Under the pieces are notes generated by a model. The model made no database searches. It saw nothing but the letters and a program-made list of their open reading frames with translations, and was not told the DNA's origin. From Negaprion brevirostris (taxonomy: Eukaryota): DNA of 64,000 bases. Location: positions 20,113,259-20,177,258 of the forward strand of contig JARDVH010000097.1 in the NCBI GenBank assembly GCA_030324005.1, given 5' to 3'. Both the position numbers and the translations under genes were made by a program. Positions 35,070 to 47,490 of this stretch are shown piece after piece (the first letter of the stretch is position 1; the number at the start of each line of letters is the position of its first letter).

Positions 35070-36200
35070 GAGGCATTAGCGGGCACCGGGGCCTCTAGGG
35101 AGCAAAGCTTTTTGAAGTCATCAGCTTTGCATCAGAAATCGGTGTGAGCTGATATAAATATTGAAATTAACATTTACATCCGATTAACGCGCCCCAGACT
35201 GAAGTCTCTGGGCTGCGAGATTCGTTCCCCCCCCCACCCCACCCTGTCCCCAGGCCAGGTGCGGTTCCCTCCCGCAGGGTTAACAACTACACCCCACTGA
35301 CAGAGAACAGGTGGGCCATTGAGGCCCCACCAGGAGGTCAGAGTAAGGGGGGGTGCTCTCTGGACAGTGCCAGCCTGGTCCTGCCCAAGGGGCAAACTGG
35401 CAATGCCCAAAGGCACCTTGGCACTGCCCACCGGGCATCAGGCAGAGCAAAGGGACAGGGCCAAATGGAGGCAGGACCTATTTTCTTGGAGGGGGTCAAT
35501 CGGAAAGATGGGGGGTCCTGCTGTTGCTTTGTCAGAGGATCTCTGGGAGAGGGAGGGAAGGGGTAAATCGGGGTTGGCCATCTGGGTGGGAGGGTGGCAG
35601 GACTGCTGGGGGGGGTTGGGGCTGCCGGGAGGGTANNNNNNNNNNNNNNNNNNNNNNNNNNNNNNNNNNNNNNNNNNNNNNNNNNNNNNNNNNNNNNNNN
35701 NNNNNNNNNNNNNNNNNNNNNNNNNNNNNNNNNNNTGAAGGGGGTCCAAGGATCCAAGTGACAGTGCCCAAGGGGGCACTGCCCACTGGGCGATTTGGGA
35801 CTTCGGTGGGGAGGGGGAATTGAGGCAAACGGGGGTGGGGGGGGGGGGCGGGTGTAGTTGGGGTTTGCCTGGGCATGTTGGTGAGTTTGGAGGATGGGGG
35901 GAGTTGTTGGAGGAGCAGCGATGCAGGGTCTAGGGCTGGCCTGTGATCGGGAGGCCGGTGGTGTGGGGCTACTATGCATGCACTGATCTCCGCTCTGACA
36001 GATCAGTGCATGAGCAGTGGCCTTCTCAGCACTCTGTTGCTGGTCTCTCTTGCCAGAATAAGCCCTGGCCCCTGATTTTCAGAGCAAGTCCTGATAGGGC
36101 ACTCTTGGGGGAGATTCATTCTGAAAACACCACTAAAAAAAATCGGCGGGAGTTACTCCAGTTTTCAAGCAAACTTGACACTTAGAATTTTTTTTGGAGT
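35070..36200 (+). mobile_element. GC-rich non-autonomous Harbinger-related element
   Basis: ATTGAGGCCCC, GGACAGTGCCAGCCTG and TTGGCACTGCCCA blocks; end TTACTCCAGTTTT...GACACTTAGAATTTTTTTTGGAG matches the 46.9 kb end. Confidence 0.7.
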
Positions 36201-36202
36201 GC

Positions 36203-36881
36203 TGTGGGAAAATCACCACTCGGAGTCAGATTTAAAGATTCAACGTGCAGTTTATTGGACAAAGCTTTGGGAGAAGCGCTGGGCTCTCTCCTGTGCTTGC
36301 AGTCACCTTCTCAACTTTAAAATTATAGCTGAGCTTCTTTCATACATTTATAAATAGTGGACAAGTACGGACATTAGCAGTTAGCACCCCGTTATATATA
36401 GGGTAGACAAGTACAGACATTAGCAATTATCACATTGTTATACATTTTGGAGAGTAGACAAGTATGGACATTAGCAATTAACACATCATTATACATTTAT
36501 GCCCTTCTTTCAATGACTGATCTTGTTAACAAAACTCATTGCTTTGGTTCTGCCTTATCTCAAGACAAGATGGTCATCTGGGTCTCAAGATCTGATTTAT
36601 TTCCTGTAGTAATTAGACACTAATAGGATTTAACTCATTATGCAATGTCTGTGCCTAAGTCAGCAGATCTTAATGTCTTTTTACAGAGTCCATTTTGTCC
36701 CAGGTAACCATGTTGTATCTTTTAATTTTGGGTTTACTCCAATAGGGAGAATCACCCCCATAGAGTGACATTGCCTTATCCAGTAACCTGAAGGATCATT
36801 TGTTCACCTCTGTGTTTGGAATGCACACTGGGGTTGCATACCACAAAAGTACATATTTCAGCCTATGATTTTTCATCCACA
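36203..36881 (-). mobile_element. Probable solo LTR with internal tandem repeats
   Basis: Minus strand starts TGTGGATGAAAAATCA and ends TGATTTTCCCACA, with AATAAA about 45 bp before the end. No clear TSD. Confidence 0.6.
36356..36498. repeat. Three imperfect ~46-50 bp tandem repeats
   Basis: GACAAGTACGGACATTAGCA / GACAAGTACAGACATTAGCA / GACAAGTATGGACATTAGCA. Confidence 0.85.
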
Positions 36882-37494
36882 AATTTAAATTGACTGAAAA
36901 TCAACTGCCTTAAGCAGAAAGGCAGGGAAGTTGCCTCAATGCACCACCTTTGTTTGGAATATTGCGGAATTTTAGGAACATATACTAGCATGTGAAACAT
37001 AACCCAGTACCAACTTAGAAAATCACAGATGTGGTGGTTGTAATGTTCTGCAAAACACTGGTAACAGATGAGTTACTTCATTGACTCCAGATACTTGAAA
37101 AATGACTTCCAGCATAGAGACACCAACTTTTAGCAAAACCTTTTTGCATTTTTATTAAAATGTATTTGTTTTTGGAGTTATTAATGAATGTGACTGATGT
37201 GCATGCCCATTAAATCGCTATTTATCATATTTTTCCAAACACACTCAGATGACTGAGGGTACAAATCAAGAAACAGAATGAGAATAGTCACCCTACATTA
37301 AAACTCATCTTGGTCACTTCCAGTAAGAATTGAGAACACATTGCAATCAATCAGCCCTGAATAATATGTAACCAGTGGCAAAACACATCTGAGTCCTCTA
37401 AAGAGGACCCTTTCAGTTGGATAATACAAAGTTACTAATATATCTGTCCCAAACAATGAAATTCTGATTCCCACCGCAGGCCTTTTGGAACACA

Positions 37495-37710
37495 TCAACA
37501 TCAGCTTGCACTTATATAGCATCTTTAACATGGTAAAGCACTTCACAGGAGTGCTTTAAAACAAAACGTGACTCCAAGCCAAACACAGAGAAGAGGGATG
37601 TCCAAGTGCTTGGTCAAAGAGAGAAGTAATAAGCAGTGCATTAAAGGAGGAGAGAGGTAGAGAGGTTCAAGGATTTAAGGTGGGAATTCTACTGATTAGC
37701 ACAACTGATA
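37495..37710 (-). mobile_element. L2 LINE 3' end
   Basis: CTTGCACTTATATAGCATCTTTAAC...GCACTTCACAGGAG...TTAAAGGAGGAGAGAG. Confidence 0.6.
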
Positions 37711-37729
37711 ATGAGGAGGGAATAAAACA

Positions 37730-38020
37730 TAATCATAGAATCATAGGATCTCAACAGTGCAGAAGGAGGACATTTGGCCCATTGAACCTGCACTGATAAC
37801 AATCCCACCCAGGTCCTTTCCTTATAACCCCATGTAATCCCACTGACACTAAGGGGTAATCCCATCCAGACCAGTTCCCCGTAACCCCAAGTATTTACCC
37901 TACTAATCCCCCTAACCTACATATCTTGGGGCAATTCAGCATAACCAATTCATCTAATCTGCACATTTTGGAAGTCTGATGGGTAACCAGAGTACCTGGA
38001 GGATACCTGCAAGTGACTGA
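37730..38020 (-). mobile_element. 5'-truncated HE1 SINE with an internal duplication
   Basis: AATCATAGAATCATAG tail; the AATCCCAYCCAG...TAACCCCA segment occurs twice. Confidence 0.75.
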
Positions 38021-38027
38021 CACATAA

Positions 38028-38160
38028 TAAAAACAAAAGTCAAATACTGCAGATGCTGGAAATTGAAACATGCACTGGGAATGCTGGAAAACCTCAGCAG
38101 GTCCGACAGCATCTGTGGAGAGAAAATAGGGCTAACATTCAAATAGACAGTCCAACTAGA
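38028..38160 (-). mobile_element. Penelope-like terminal repeat fragment
   Basis: TACTGCAGATGCTGGAAA...CTCAGCAGGTCCGACAGCATCTGTGGAGAGA is the reverse complement of 19700-19800. Confidence 0.65.
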
Positions 38161-38989
38161 ACAGGGATCAACTTCAAGCTTTCCAAACAAATGATCTTGC
38201 TGTATCCAGGGATGTGTCACTGAAGACCCCCATACAAAAAACTTGTTGTACTGCACAGCTATATTAATGGAACAAATGTAGTACGTGACCAAATGCTTAT
38301 ATTTTCTGAGAAGGAGATTGAGCAAAACACCTAAATTCAGAAAGAAATATCTCCAAGTTAATTTAGCTTGCCCTACAACCATCTGTGTAAAGGAAAGGCA
38401 AACAAAGTGACTTCCATTACATATTGGGTGGACTTTGTTTTATAGGTTTCCTCTTAAAAATCAGATTTCAAGAACATCATGCTAAACTAGTAACCTTTTT
38501 CTATTTTTTGTTGATGGAGCTGTCTACCTGACTGTGATTTCTCCCTTGTTTTATAAAACTCCCAGCAAAGCTTATGTATAGGTGGCTTCTTGAAAGAAAG
38601 TTTTTAGATCCCTGAGCCAGAGTGTCTTCCATGAAAGATTTGATTTTGTTAACATGTTGATACTCTGGCTGAAGTTTCTGAAATATATTGTTCTTTATAT
38701 TGGGGCATAGCCTCTTTAAGGGAATGGGTCAGGTGACCTTGGACACGTGGTGATCTGCCCGGGGACCATGCTGAGTGGACATTTGTCATTTGGAGTGTGG
38801 ACTGAGTTCTTGAGGATATCCCTCAGTAGCAACGAAATTAACACATACTAACTGCCCTATGATATAGGAACATTTGAATGATATTCAGCTGAAGTTTCAG
38901 TAAGTTGGCAAGCAAGTTCTTTAAGATGGAAAATCCATCACAGAGAATATAAATCTTACTAGTTTCACCCTCATTTTGGTGACATACAT

Positions 38990-39592
38990 ATTTGAATAAG
39001 GCTGGATAAGGTACTGGTGAGATCATACCTGGAGTTTTGGTCCTTCTTACTTGAGAAAGGATATACTGGTGCTGGTTTCGGGTGGGGGGGTACTGTAGAG
39101 GAGATTCACTAGATTGATTCCAGAGATGAGAAGGTGGCTTATGAGGATAGACTGAGTAGACTGGGGCTATACTCATTGGAATTCAGAAGAATGAGGGGAG
39201 ATCTTATTTAAACATATAAGATTATGAAGTGAATAGATAAAATAGAAGCAGGGAAGTTGTTTCCACTGGCCATTGAAACTAGAACTAGGGGGCATGGCCT
39301 CAAAATAAGAGAAACCAGATTTAGAACTGAGTTGAGGTGGAACTTCTTCACATAAAGGGTTGTGAATCTGTAAAATTCCCTGCCCAGTGAAGCAGTTGAG
39401 GCTACCTCATTGAACGTTTTTAAGGCAAGGATAGATAATTTTTTGAACAGTAAAGCAATCAAGGGTTATGGTGAGTGGGTGGGTATGTAGAGCTGAGTCC
39501 ACAAAAAGATCAGCTATGATCTTATTGAATGGTGGAGCAGGGTCGAGAGACCACGTGGCCTACTCCTGCTCCTAGTTCTTATTTTCTTATAA
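38990..39592 (+). mobile_element. CR1/HER1 LINE 3' ~600 bp
   Basis: Closely similar to 56150-56755; tail GGCCTACTCCTGCTCCTAGTTCTTAT. Confidence 0.9.
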
Positions 39593-40189
39593 TTGGTTGA
39601 TGAACCTACACCCAAGAGCAGAGAATGCATGCCACTAAACACATGGGACAGTGTTCATTCACCAGAGAGCCATACAATCACAAAACGGCATTAAATGGAT
39701 GATTCCACACTCCGAGACAATCACTTATTGAAGCTTAAATACAGGCTGCTTCTCTACAGCAGCTGCTCATGTTTTGACATAAGTGGTAAGATTCATAGCC
39801 ACCATGCATACTTAAACTCAGCACTTACATATAACCAGCTGGTTAGTCCATTCAACCATGTTATTCCTTCTCAGGAAGTCTGCTTGGTAGTTTTATTGAG
39901 TAGATGTATTTTGACCTAGCTATTTTAATGCTTATTTTATGCCATCTCAGGGTTCTGTCCTCTACCTAATCAACCTCTGCTTAAAGTACAGACTCTCTGC
40001 TATTTGTGCATTCCTGTAAAGGGGCCTGTGGCTGACTTTTGCCTAACTAGGACTTATGAATATCCCATGGGCTCACCAGTTACCCTGTCCNNNNNNNNNN
40101 GAGTAGAATTAGAATAAACAGGCTGTACATTGTACAATTTTGCCTTCAAGCAGGGGCAGAAGACGATAACCATGCAATGAGAATCTGTG

Positions 40190-40305
40190 GTCAAAGGGAT
40201 CACGCTATTGAGCTGGATGATCAGGCATGATCGTAATGAATGGCGGAGCAGGCTTGAAGGGCCGAATGGTCTTCTCCTGCCTCTTTTTTCTTGGTTTCTA
40301 TGTGG
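40190..40305 (+). mobile_element. CR1/HER1 3' tail
   Basis: GAATGGCGGAGCAGGCTTGAAGGGCCGAATGGTCTTCTCCTGC...TTTCTATG. Confidence 0.8.
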
Positions 40306-40768
40306 GTTGATGTGGGTATAGCAATGTTAAAACATGACACACCTGTCCATTTCAAAAATAGGTGACCCATTGCCAGAGTCCTATGCATTCTCTCTCTGTG
40401 ATGCTGCATCAAGCTNNNNNNNNNNGCTTGCAACAGATAAGACATCAGATGGCATTGGAAAATTATGCAAAGGTTGAGCAACTTTGCATCCTTCTCAAGA
40501 TAACTGACTGCCTATCTGACCTTTTCAAGGAATCTGCTCACAAGTAAGACAACATTCAGCCTTTCTGCTATTTTCATCCAGGCTTCTTCTTCTGAGGGGA
40601 ATGCTCACCCTCTGCTCCAGAATGACCCATCCTTCCTCCAATACCACCTGTAAAAAGCTATTCAAAGTTGTGTCCTGGAAGGGTGACATTCAGTGCTCTG
40701 GTGTTGCCGGCCTTTCTACTTCTTGATCGGAATAGAAACGTGCAGATACCCTGTAAAAGCTGCATGAT

Positions 40769-40921
40769 GTGGAGATGCCGGCGTTGGACTTGGGTAAACA
40801 CAGTAAGAAGTCTGACAACACCAAGTTTAAGTCACCTGACGAAGAGGTAAACCTTGAAAGTTGTGAGTTTACTATCAAATAAATCAGTTGAACTTAATCC
40901 TGATGTTGTCAGACTTCTTAC
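40769..40921. mobile_element. Palindromic Penelope-derived mini-element with a 13-bp TSD and hammerhead-like core
   Basis: Arms GTAAGAAGTCTGACAACA / TGTTGTCAGACTTCTTAC; TSD AAAGCTGCATGAT at 40756-40768 and 40922-40934. Confidence 0.82.
40832..40866 (+). ncRNA. Degenerate minimal hammerhead ribozyme motif
   Basis: TCAC-CTGACGA-A-GAGG(TAAA)CCTT-GAAA-GTT-GTGA: stem I TCAC/GTGA, core boxes CUGANGA and GAAA, 4-bp stem II. The stem III region looks one base short. Confidence 0.55.
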
Positions 40922-41729
40922 AAAGCTGCATGATCCAGAAAATAAGTTTGTTTCTCTACATGATGTGCACAGGGAGTACTAATGTACCATTCCAAGTTTA
41001 ATTATAGTACAAGGTGAGCTCAAATGTTACAAGTGTACAAAAAGGAGGCCCTACCATGTTACAGATCTGGGGGCAATTTCTCAACTCCTTAGTGTTCTAG
41101 TAATTATCACATTATTTGTCTACAATAAAAGTGTGAAACACTTTGCAGTTTTAGGCAGGTTATGCAGAAATAACTAAATTGCAATTATATTTCATGACCT
41201 CAATTCATTTATCATTTGATTTATCTAGTTGAATTGGAATGCAATACTCCAGCAGCTATAATGTGTTCTCTTCTTGAATAACGCTATCTGTCCTATTTTG
41301 CTCTCTACAACATCAGAAATAAATGTGAAATCTAAACTTTGTGCTGTATAGCTGTGTCATATGCTATTTCAGTTTATGAAAGAAAATATTTAACTGGCTC
41401 CCTACATCCCCACTTTGACATCAAAAATTATTCTGTGATTTATAAGCAATGTTAAAACCTGTGATTTATTGATTGCTGTGAAGTGAACTTGGTCTAATAT
41501 AACACACATAATCTGTGTACATTTTCAATAGGAAAAATCAATCATTTTGATTTGAGAATAATGACTGCCTGGTTGCCATAGCCCTTTGTGAGATTAGGCT
41601 GAGTGGATCAATGCAATTCTCAGTAAGTGCATATCTGTAGCACAAAACTTCCTACGACACAGCACTAATTGGAAATTGGACTGTGAAAGGGCATGAAGGT
41701 GGATGGTGTGAGAAATGGAACAATTGACA

Positions 41730-42230
41730 CTAGTAAAATTGAAGGTCCACTCCCTGCATGAGGACAGGGCATTTTACTCTAGTGACTGTCTTCCAGATGC
41801 AAAAGCACCCATCGATCATTACTCTTTGCTTCCTATCACACAGACAATTTTGGATCCAAATTGCCACTTTCACTTTAGCCTCTTGAGCTTTTACTTTTCT
41901 AATCAGTTTGCCATGTGGGATCTTATCAAGAGTCTTGCTAAAACACATGTAGATGGCAGCAAGTTGCTAGCTCTGTTGCTACACCTTGTTAGAATCAGAT
42001 CAAGTTAGACACACACAGTCTTCCTTAACAAATCCATATAGACTGTGTCTTTCCAAATGATGAATTTTACTGCCCCTCAGATTTTTTCTAATTATTTGCC
42101 TACCGCTGAGACTAGATTAACTGACCTTTATTACTCAATCGATCCCATCCTCTTATTTTAAACAGCAGTAAAACAATAGCAGTGTTCCTGTTCTCTGACA
42201 CCACGTGTAGCTAGAGGGATGTAATATAGA
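41730..42230 (-). mobile_element. CR1 RT fragment
   Basis: FSKTLDKIPHGKLIRKVKA...WIQNCLCDRKQRVMIDG. Confidence 0.85.
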
Positions 42231-42577
42231 GGCAGCTGATGTGGGCAAATTTCCATTAATGAATCCAAAACTCTAGAATTTTCTTAAGCAACTCTCCCCC
42301 AGTTCACACCTGTTCATGCTTGGTAAACATCCAATAAAAGGAACCCCATCCCCTCGATTCTCACTTCTCCACCGATCACAACATTCCTTTCTGGTCTATG
42401 TTCGCTGATCCAGCAGTCACAGGCTCCCTTGTCCTCGGTGCTCACTAAACAAAGCCTCCCCTTCCCTCCATGCTTGTTGGTTCACCAGTGAAAACCTCAC
42501 CTTCTTCATTGGGGTTGACTGATGCACCAATGACAGCTTCCCATTTCCTCGGTCCACATCCACTGCTGCTTCTCGAT

Positions 42578-42986
42578 GGATTTGATTTATTATTATCACA
42601 TGTATTGGCATACACTGAAAATATTGTTTCTAGTGCGCTATACAGATAAAACATATCGTTCATGGACTACATAGGGGAGAAGGAAAGGAGAATGTGCAGA
42701 ATATAGTGTTATAGTCATAGCTAGGGCGTAGAGAAAGATCAGCTTAATATATGATACGTCTATTCAAAAGTTAGATGGCAACAGGGAAGAAGGTGTTCTT
42801 GGGTTGGTTGGTACATGACCTAACTTTTGTACCTTTTTCCAGTGTTAAAAAGTGGAGGAGAGTATGTCCGGGATGCGTGGGGCCCTTGGTTTTGCTGACT
42901 TCTTTTCTGAAGTAATGGGAAGTGTCGACAAAGTCAATGGGTGGGAGGCTGGTTTGCATGATGGACTGGGCTACGTTCACAACTCT
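42578..42986 (-). mobile_element. Rex1/Babar LINE 3' end
   Basis: RVVNVAQSIMQTSLP...HPGH...KNTFFP and the same UTR as 10495 and 31560. Confidence 0.82.
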
Positions 42987-43707
42987 TCTCCAGTCACAAT
43001 TCTTCAATTAGTTCTCCAATCACAGCCACTCATTTCCCCCCGCGTGCTCACGAACCATCCAGTCATAGCTTTCCCTTTCCTTGATCCCTCCTGGTTACAC
43101 TCGCGGATCCTCCAATCACAGAACCCAGCTCTGTGCCTCTGCTCTGCTTTTTCCATTCCTTTCGATGCTCAGCCATGCCCGACCTTCAGCAGCCTTCAGT
43201 CTGAAGCGGCCTCTCAGTCTCCTCTGCTTTGTAGCACAACGACCTTTGAAATGCGAAAGATCTGAGAATAAAACTTGGATCAGAGAAATGAAAAAGCAGA
43301 AGGGGTTTCAACTGGTAAACAGAATTATGGGAATGGTGGTGAGTGTGAGTTTCCTCTCTTAGACGAAATCCAGGTAGCATTTACAACTGAACCAGTAAAA
43401 TGGAAATCAGAGCCCATCAATCCAGAGAATGATCAGGATACTGTTTGAAAACAGCTCTGGTAAAGACCAGAGTCAAGAAAATGGGTAAAGATATCACAGT
43501 GTTATCAGGCCAAAAGATGGCACGCTGGGTGGCTTATTATCCTAAATCCTTTGCCCAATAATTGAATATATCTGGACCCATCCGTCCCTGTGAAAAACAT
43601 CCCAAAGTCTAATGCCCTGGATATCTTTTCCTGTGAGATCTGAACAGAGGGTGGAATTTGGGAGAAGAAGATTCCTCGAATGAATGATTCAGGAGCCGGT
43701 TTTGTGA

Positions 43708-43782
43708 ATAGAACATAAGAACATAAGAAATAGGAGCAGGAGTAGGCCATCTAGCCCCTCGAGCCTGCCCCGCCATTCAATA
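43708..43782 (-). mobile_element. Young CR1/HER1 3' tail running into a gap
   Basis: AGAACATAAGAACATAAGAAATAGGAGCAGGAGTAGGCC is near identical to 29400-29470. Confidence 0.88.
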
Positions 43783-44837
43783 NNNNNNNNNNNNNNNNNN
43801 NNNNNNNNNNNNNNNNNNNNNNNNNNNNNNNNNNNNNNNNNNNNNNNNNNNNNNNNNNNNNNNNNNNNNNNNNNNNNNNNNNNNNNNNNNNNNNNNNNNN
43901 NNNNNNNNNNNNNNNNNNNNNNNNNNNNNNNNNNNNNNNNNNNNNNNNNNNNNNNNNNNNNNNNNNNNNNNNNNNNNNNNNNNNNNNNNNNNNNNNNNNN
44001 NNNNNNNNNNNNNNNNNNNNNNNNNNNNNNNNNNNNNNNNNNNNNNNNNNNNNNNNNNNNNNNNNNNNNNNNNNNNNNNNNNNNNNNNNNNNNNNNNNNN
44101 NNNNNNNNNNNNNNNNNNNNNNNNNNNNNNNNNNNNNNNNNNNNNNNNNNNNNNNNNNNNNNNNNNNNNNNNNNNNNNNNNNNNNNNNNNNNNNNNNNNN
44201 NNNNNNNNNNNNNNNNNNNNNNNNNNNNNNNNNNNNNNNNNNNNNNNNNNNNNNACATGTTTCTGACAGGATACTAGATGGTCGATCTTATTGCTTGAAG
44301 GTACCTGTTGTGTATGGCCTATTTGAATCAGTGCGCATTTCTTTATAACTGCATCAGCCTTTGCTCGAGTCAATTATCGCTGCTAATGGTCCTTCCCGCA
44401 ACGTGAATTTCAGAATTCCTGGAAAGCTGGGCCTATCCTTGGTACACACAAAAAGCCACACTTTCCATATGTCTTACTAGATTTGGGTGTTCCTGTAAGT
44501 CTGTCAACAACTGGGGTATGCTTTTTCTTGTAAATTTCATTGATTTGCCAGGATCACTTCTTGCTTACATCCACCCTTGAGTAGCTCTTCAATGTTACAT
44601 GTTTTGAGCTTGTCTAGCAGATCTTTCTGTGATGATTCCAAGTAAGTGAATGTAATCACCATCTCAACATTCTGTCTCCTAGCTCTGTGTTTGAGAAATC
44701 ACAGGGCATACCATTTTCTCTGCACTTGCTGAAGAAGTGGGCTATGGATTCTGTAGGGTGTTGTCAAAATGACATGGACTTCAGTCATTGAATTTGAAAA
44801 TTTAACCTGATTCTGAATCTGTCATCCAATGTAATCC

Positions 44838-45685
44838 TAGGGTGCAATGTTCCTACCCCATTACACTGATTGAGTAGTGTAATGGGGCGAGAAATATAAG
44901 CGAGAAGCAAAAAAATCTCAATCGTGACCAGCATCCAGCTGGTCATATTCTTCCCAGGCCATTTTTTATGATGTGATCAGCCTTGTACCATTCCCAGTGT
45001 AAGGCTGATTTTAATATTCATAAGCCTATCGAAATCTCTTTAGTTAGCCTGGGACGTAATCCCAGGTTTCTGTTCTCACTGGTAGTGGTCTAAACCAGTG
45101 GCGATCACAGGAGACCTGACATAATGGCCTCACTAGTGGGACCAAAGGCTATTGAGGCCCCCTGTGAGGTTGGGGACAGAGGTCCGGGCAGTGCCCCATG
45201 GACAGTGCCAGCCTGACACTGCCAGCCTGGTACACTGGCAGTGCCCATCAGGCACTGGGTAGTGCCAAGGGTTTGGGGCCTGAGGGGGCAGGGCCTCACA
45301 AGAAGCAGGGCCAGGTGGGGCAGGGCCTGATGGGGCAGGGCCTGATGGGGGAGGGAGGTGGGGAAGTTTGCATTGGGGGAATGAGGGCTGATATGAGGCC
45401 AGCAACCAAAGATTGGAGCCAATGATTTCCTGGGGAGTGGGGGGTCGGGGCCAATGATCAGGAGGCCAGCGATTGGGGAATATACTGGGAGATCAGTGCA
45501 TGTCCAATGGCCCCCCCCCCAAGAACTGTACTGCTGGCATCTCCAATAGGATTAATCCCTGCCCCCTCCCCCATTGGCATGATTCTCCTGATGAACTCGA
45601 TATTGCAGAGTGCAATTATCAAATGTCAGCTTGTCCCGTTTTCCTGTCCATTGGGCACTCAGAATTATTTTGGGAAAATTGTATT
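44838..45685 (+). mobile_element. GC-rich non-autonomous Harbinger-related element
   Basis: Terminal hairpin CCCCATTACACT 44856-44867 / AGTGTAATGGGG 44876-44887; family GC blocks; end CACTCAGAATTATTTTGGGAAAATT. Confidence 0.7.
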
Positions 45686-45803
45686 TTTTTTTGGGAATCC
45701 ATTAGTTCTTTTACCGTCAGTGCTGACATATTTAGCCTATTTGGACCTTAATTTCCAATTGCTGTGTATATATTTTTTTGGCTTTTTGAAACTAAGAAAC
45801 CAT

Positions 45804-46939
45804 GGGGGTGATTCTCCCAGCCCACCCCCCTAACTTTGAAGCATGACATGGTGGGAGAATCTCGCGTCTGGGCACGCGTGGAATTTGTGCATGCACTCCT
45901 ACCATGGGTGCATCTCCTAGTGCCAGATTTCTGGGCGCCATCTGATTCACACTGGAAACCCATAGGAACACCAGGTAAGGACTTTACATCTTATTTTAAT
46001 GTGATTAGCCAGTCCTGGACTGAATTCTCTGGACCTGCTTGCATCTCCCACCCTGCCAGGAGTCCTTCACTCCGGCAGTCCAGACTAGCACCCCACTTTC
46101 GGAGAACCAGCCACCTGTCCCTGCTGGACTGAAGTGGGGGCAATTGCGGTTCCCCCTCAGGAGGTCACACACTGGGGGGGGGGGGTTGCTCAAGGGGCAA
46201 AGTGCCCATGCTCAAGAGGCACTTTGGCACTGTCCATGGGACATTGGGCATTGCAAAAGGGGTGGGGCCTCTCAGGGCATGCCTTGTGGGAGTGGTGCTT
46301 ATGGGCAATCAGTTGGATTGGGGGTCCCTGCTGTCATTCTGCATGGATGTTGTGAGACATCTTAGTAAACGGAAATCGTTGGGGGCAGGAGAAGGCCAGA
46401 GATCGGGGCAGACAGCGGGGGGGGATGGGGGGAGGAGGTGGGGAGAAGGAGGTGATCGGGGCAGGCNNNNNNNNNNNNNNNNNNNNNNNNNNNNNNNNNN
46501 NNNNNNNNNNNNNNNNNNNNNNNNNNNNNNNNNNNNNNNNNNNNNNNNNNNNNNNNNNNNNNNNNNNNNNNNNNNNNNNNNNNNNNNNNNNNNNNNNNNN
46601 NNNNNNNNNNNNNNNNNNNNNNNNNNNNNNNNNNNNNNNNNNNNNNNNNNNNNNNNNNNNNNNNCCAGGCTGGCCAGTGATTAAGCTGGTCAGCAAACAT
46701 TGAGGTTGACAGTTCGGACCCTCTTCGCATGTGTAGAGGCCTGCTGGTTTCAGCCTCCTGGGTGAGAATAGGCCTTCCCACCCCTGAAATCTAATGATAT
46801 TCTCGCTGGTGGCCTTTGCATTGCACAGTTTGTGGGAGATTCTTGGTGTGAACTCTCACTGAAAAAATACAAGAGTGTGAATTACTCCAGCTTTCCTGAA
46901 AATTTGACACTCAGAACTTTTTTGGAAGAATTCCGCACC
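45804..46939 (+). mobile_element. GC-rich non-autonomous Harbinger-related element, full length
   Basis: Starts GGGGGTGATTCTCCCA, pairing with TGGGAGAATC at 45852-45861; ends GACACTCAGAACTTTTTTGGAAGAATTCCGC. Confidence 0.75.
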
Positions 46940-47490
46940 ATAGCTCTGTCCATTGTTTAAAAAAATTGGAATTTGGATAGTAGGTTATCTGCGTCCCAAA
47001 TCAGAAAGGGCAATTTTGTGGACATTCTGACAATATCCCTTTGACTTTCTTCTTCAGTAGTACCTGTGATGCATGTCACTAAAGCTGCTTTCATAAGCTT
47101 TTTTAAATCTTCATCCATTGTAATCATTGTCTTCCCTGGCTCAATTTTTAAGATGGTTTTGTTTGTTTTATTTGTTTGTTTGACTCTCCATCGCTCTCTA
47201 TTGATCCAATCTACACCCTCGTCAATGGCCTTTCCCAACTGAGTGGAGCTGGTGCTGGTCCTCTTGTCTCACTTACTGAACTGATTGACTATGAGCTGCA
47301 ATCTCATCATGAGGGACCCATTTGCTGAACTGCTCTTTATGTGAGCTCTCCAGGCACTGTGCCTTCAAAACGTTACTGTGCAAACGTCATGCGGCGATTC
47401 AGCTCTGCCTGACATTGCATGCATGTTGCGGTCTCACTAAAACTCAAAGGTAATCTCATACCAAGTAACGTGATGAGACATTGTTCATCA

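Larger units (their letters stand above)
44380..47490 (-). mobile_element. Decayed Ty3/Gypsy gag and leader, split by two GC-rich DNA elements
   Basis: gag-like PFLIWDADNLLSKFQFF (~46960-47010) and RIRLNFQI...QHPTESIAHFFSKCRENGMPCDF (~44700-44820), adjacent to the LTR at 47491. Confidence 0.6.

Noticed and set aside
35319-35979. Pro/Gly-rich ORFs and G-runs in the GC-rich elements (also 1425-1817, 45105-45425, 48964-49557)
   Set aside because: Stop-poor frames follow from GC content and are not conserved between copies; the G4-like runs are internal to the repeat.
36356-36498. Repeat-spacer-like pattern resembling CRISPR
   Set aside because: The intervening segments resemble each other, the context is a vertebrate LTR-like element, and no cas genes are present.
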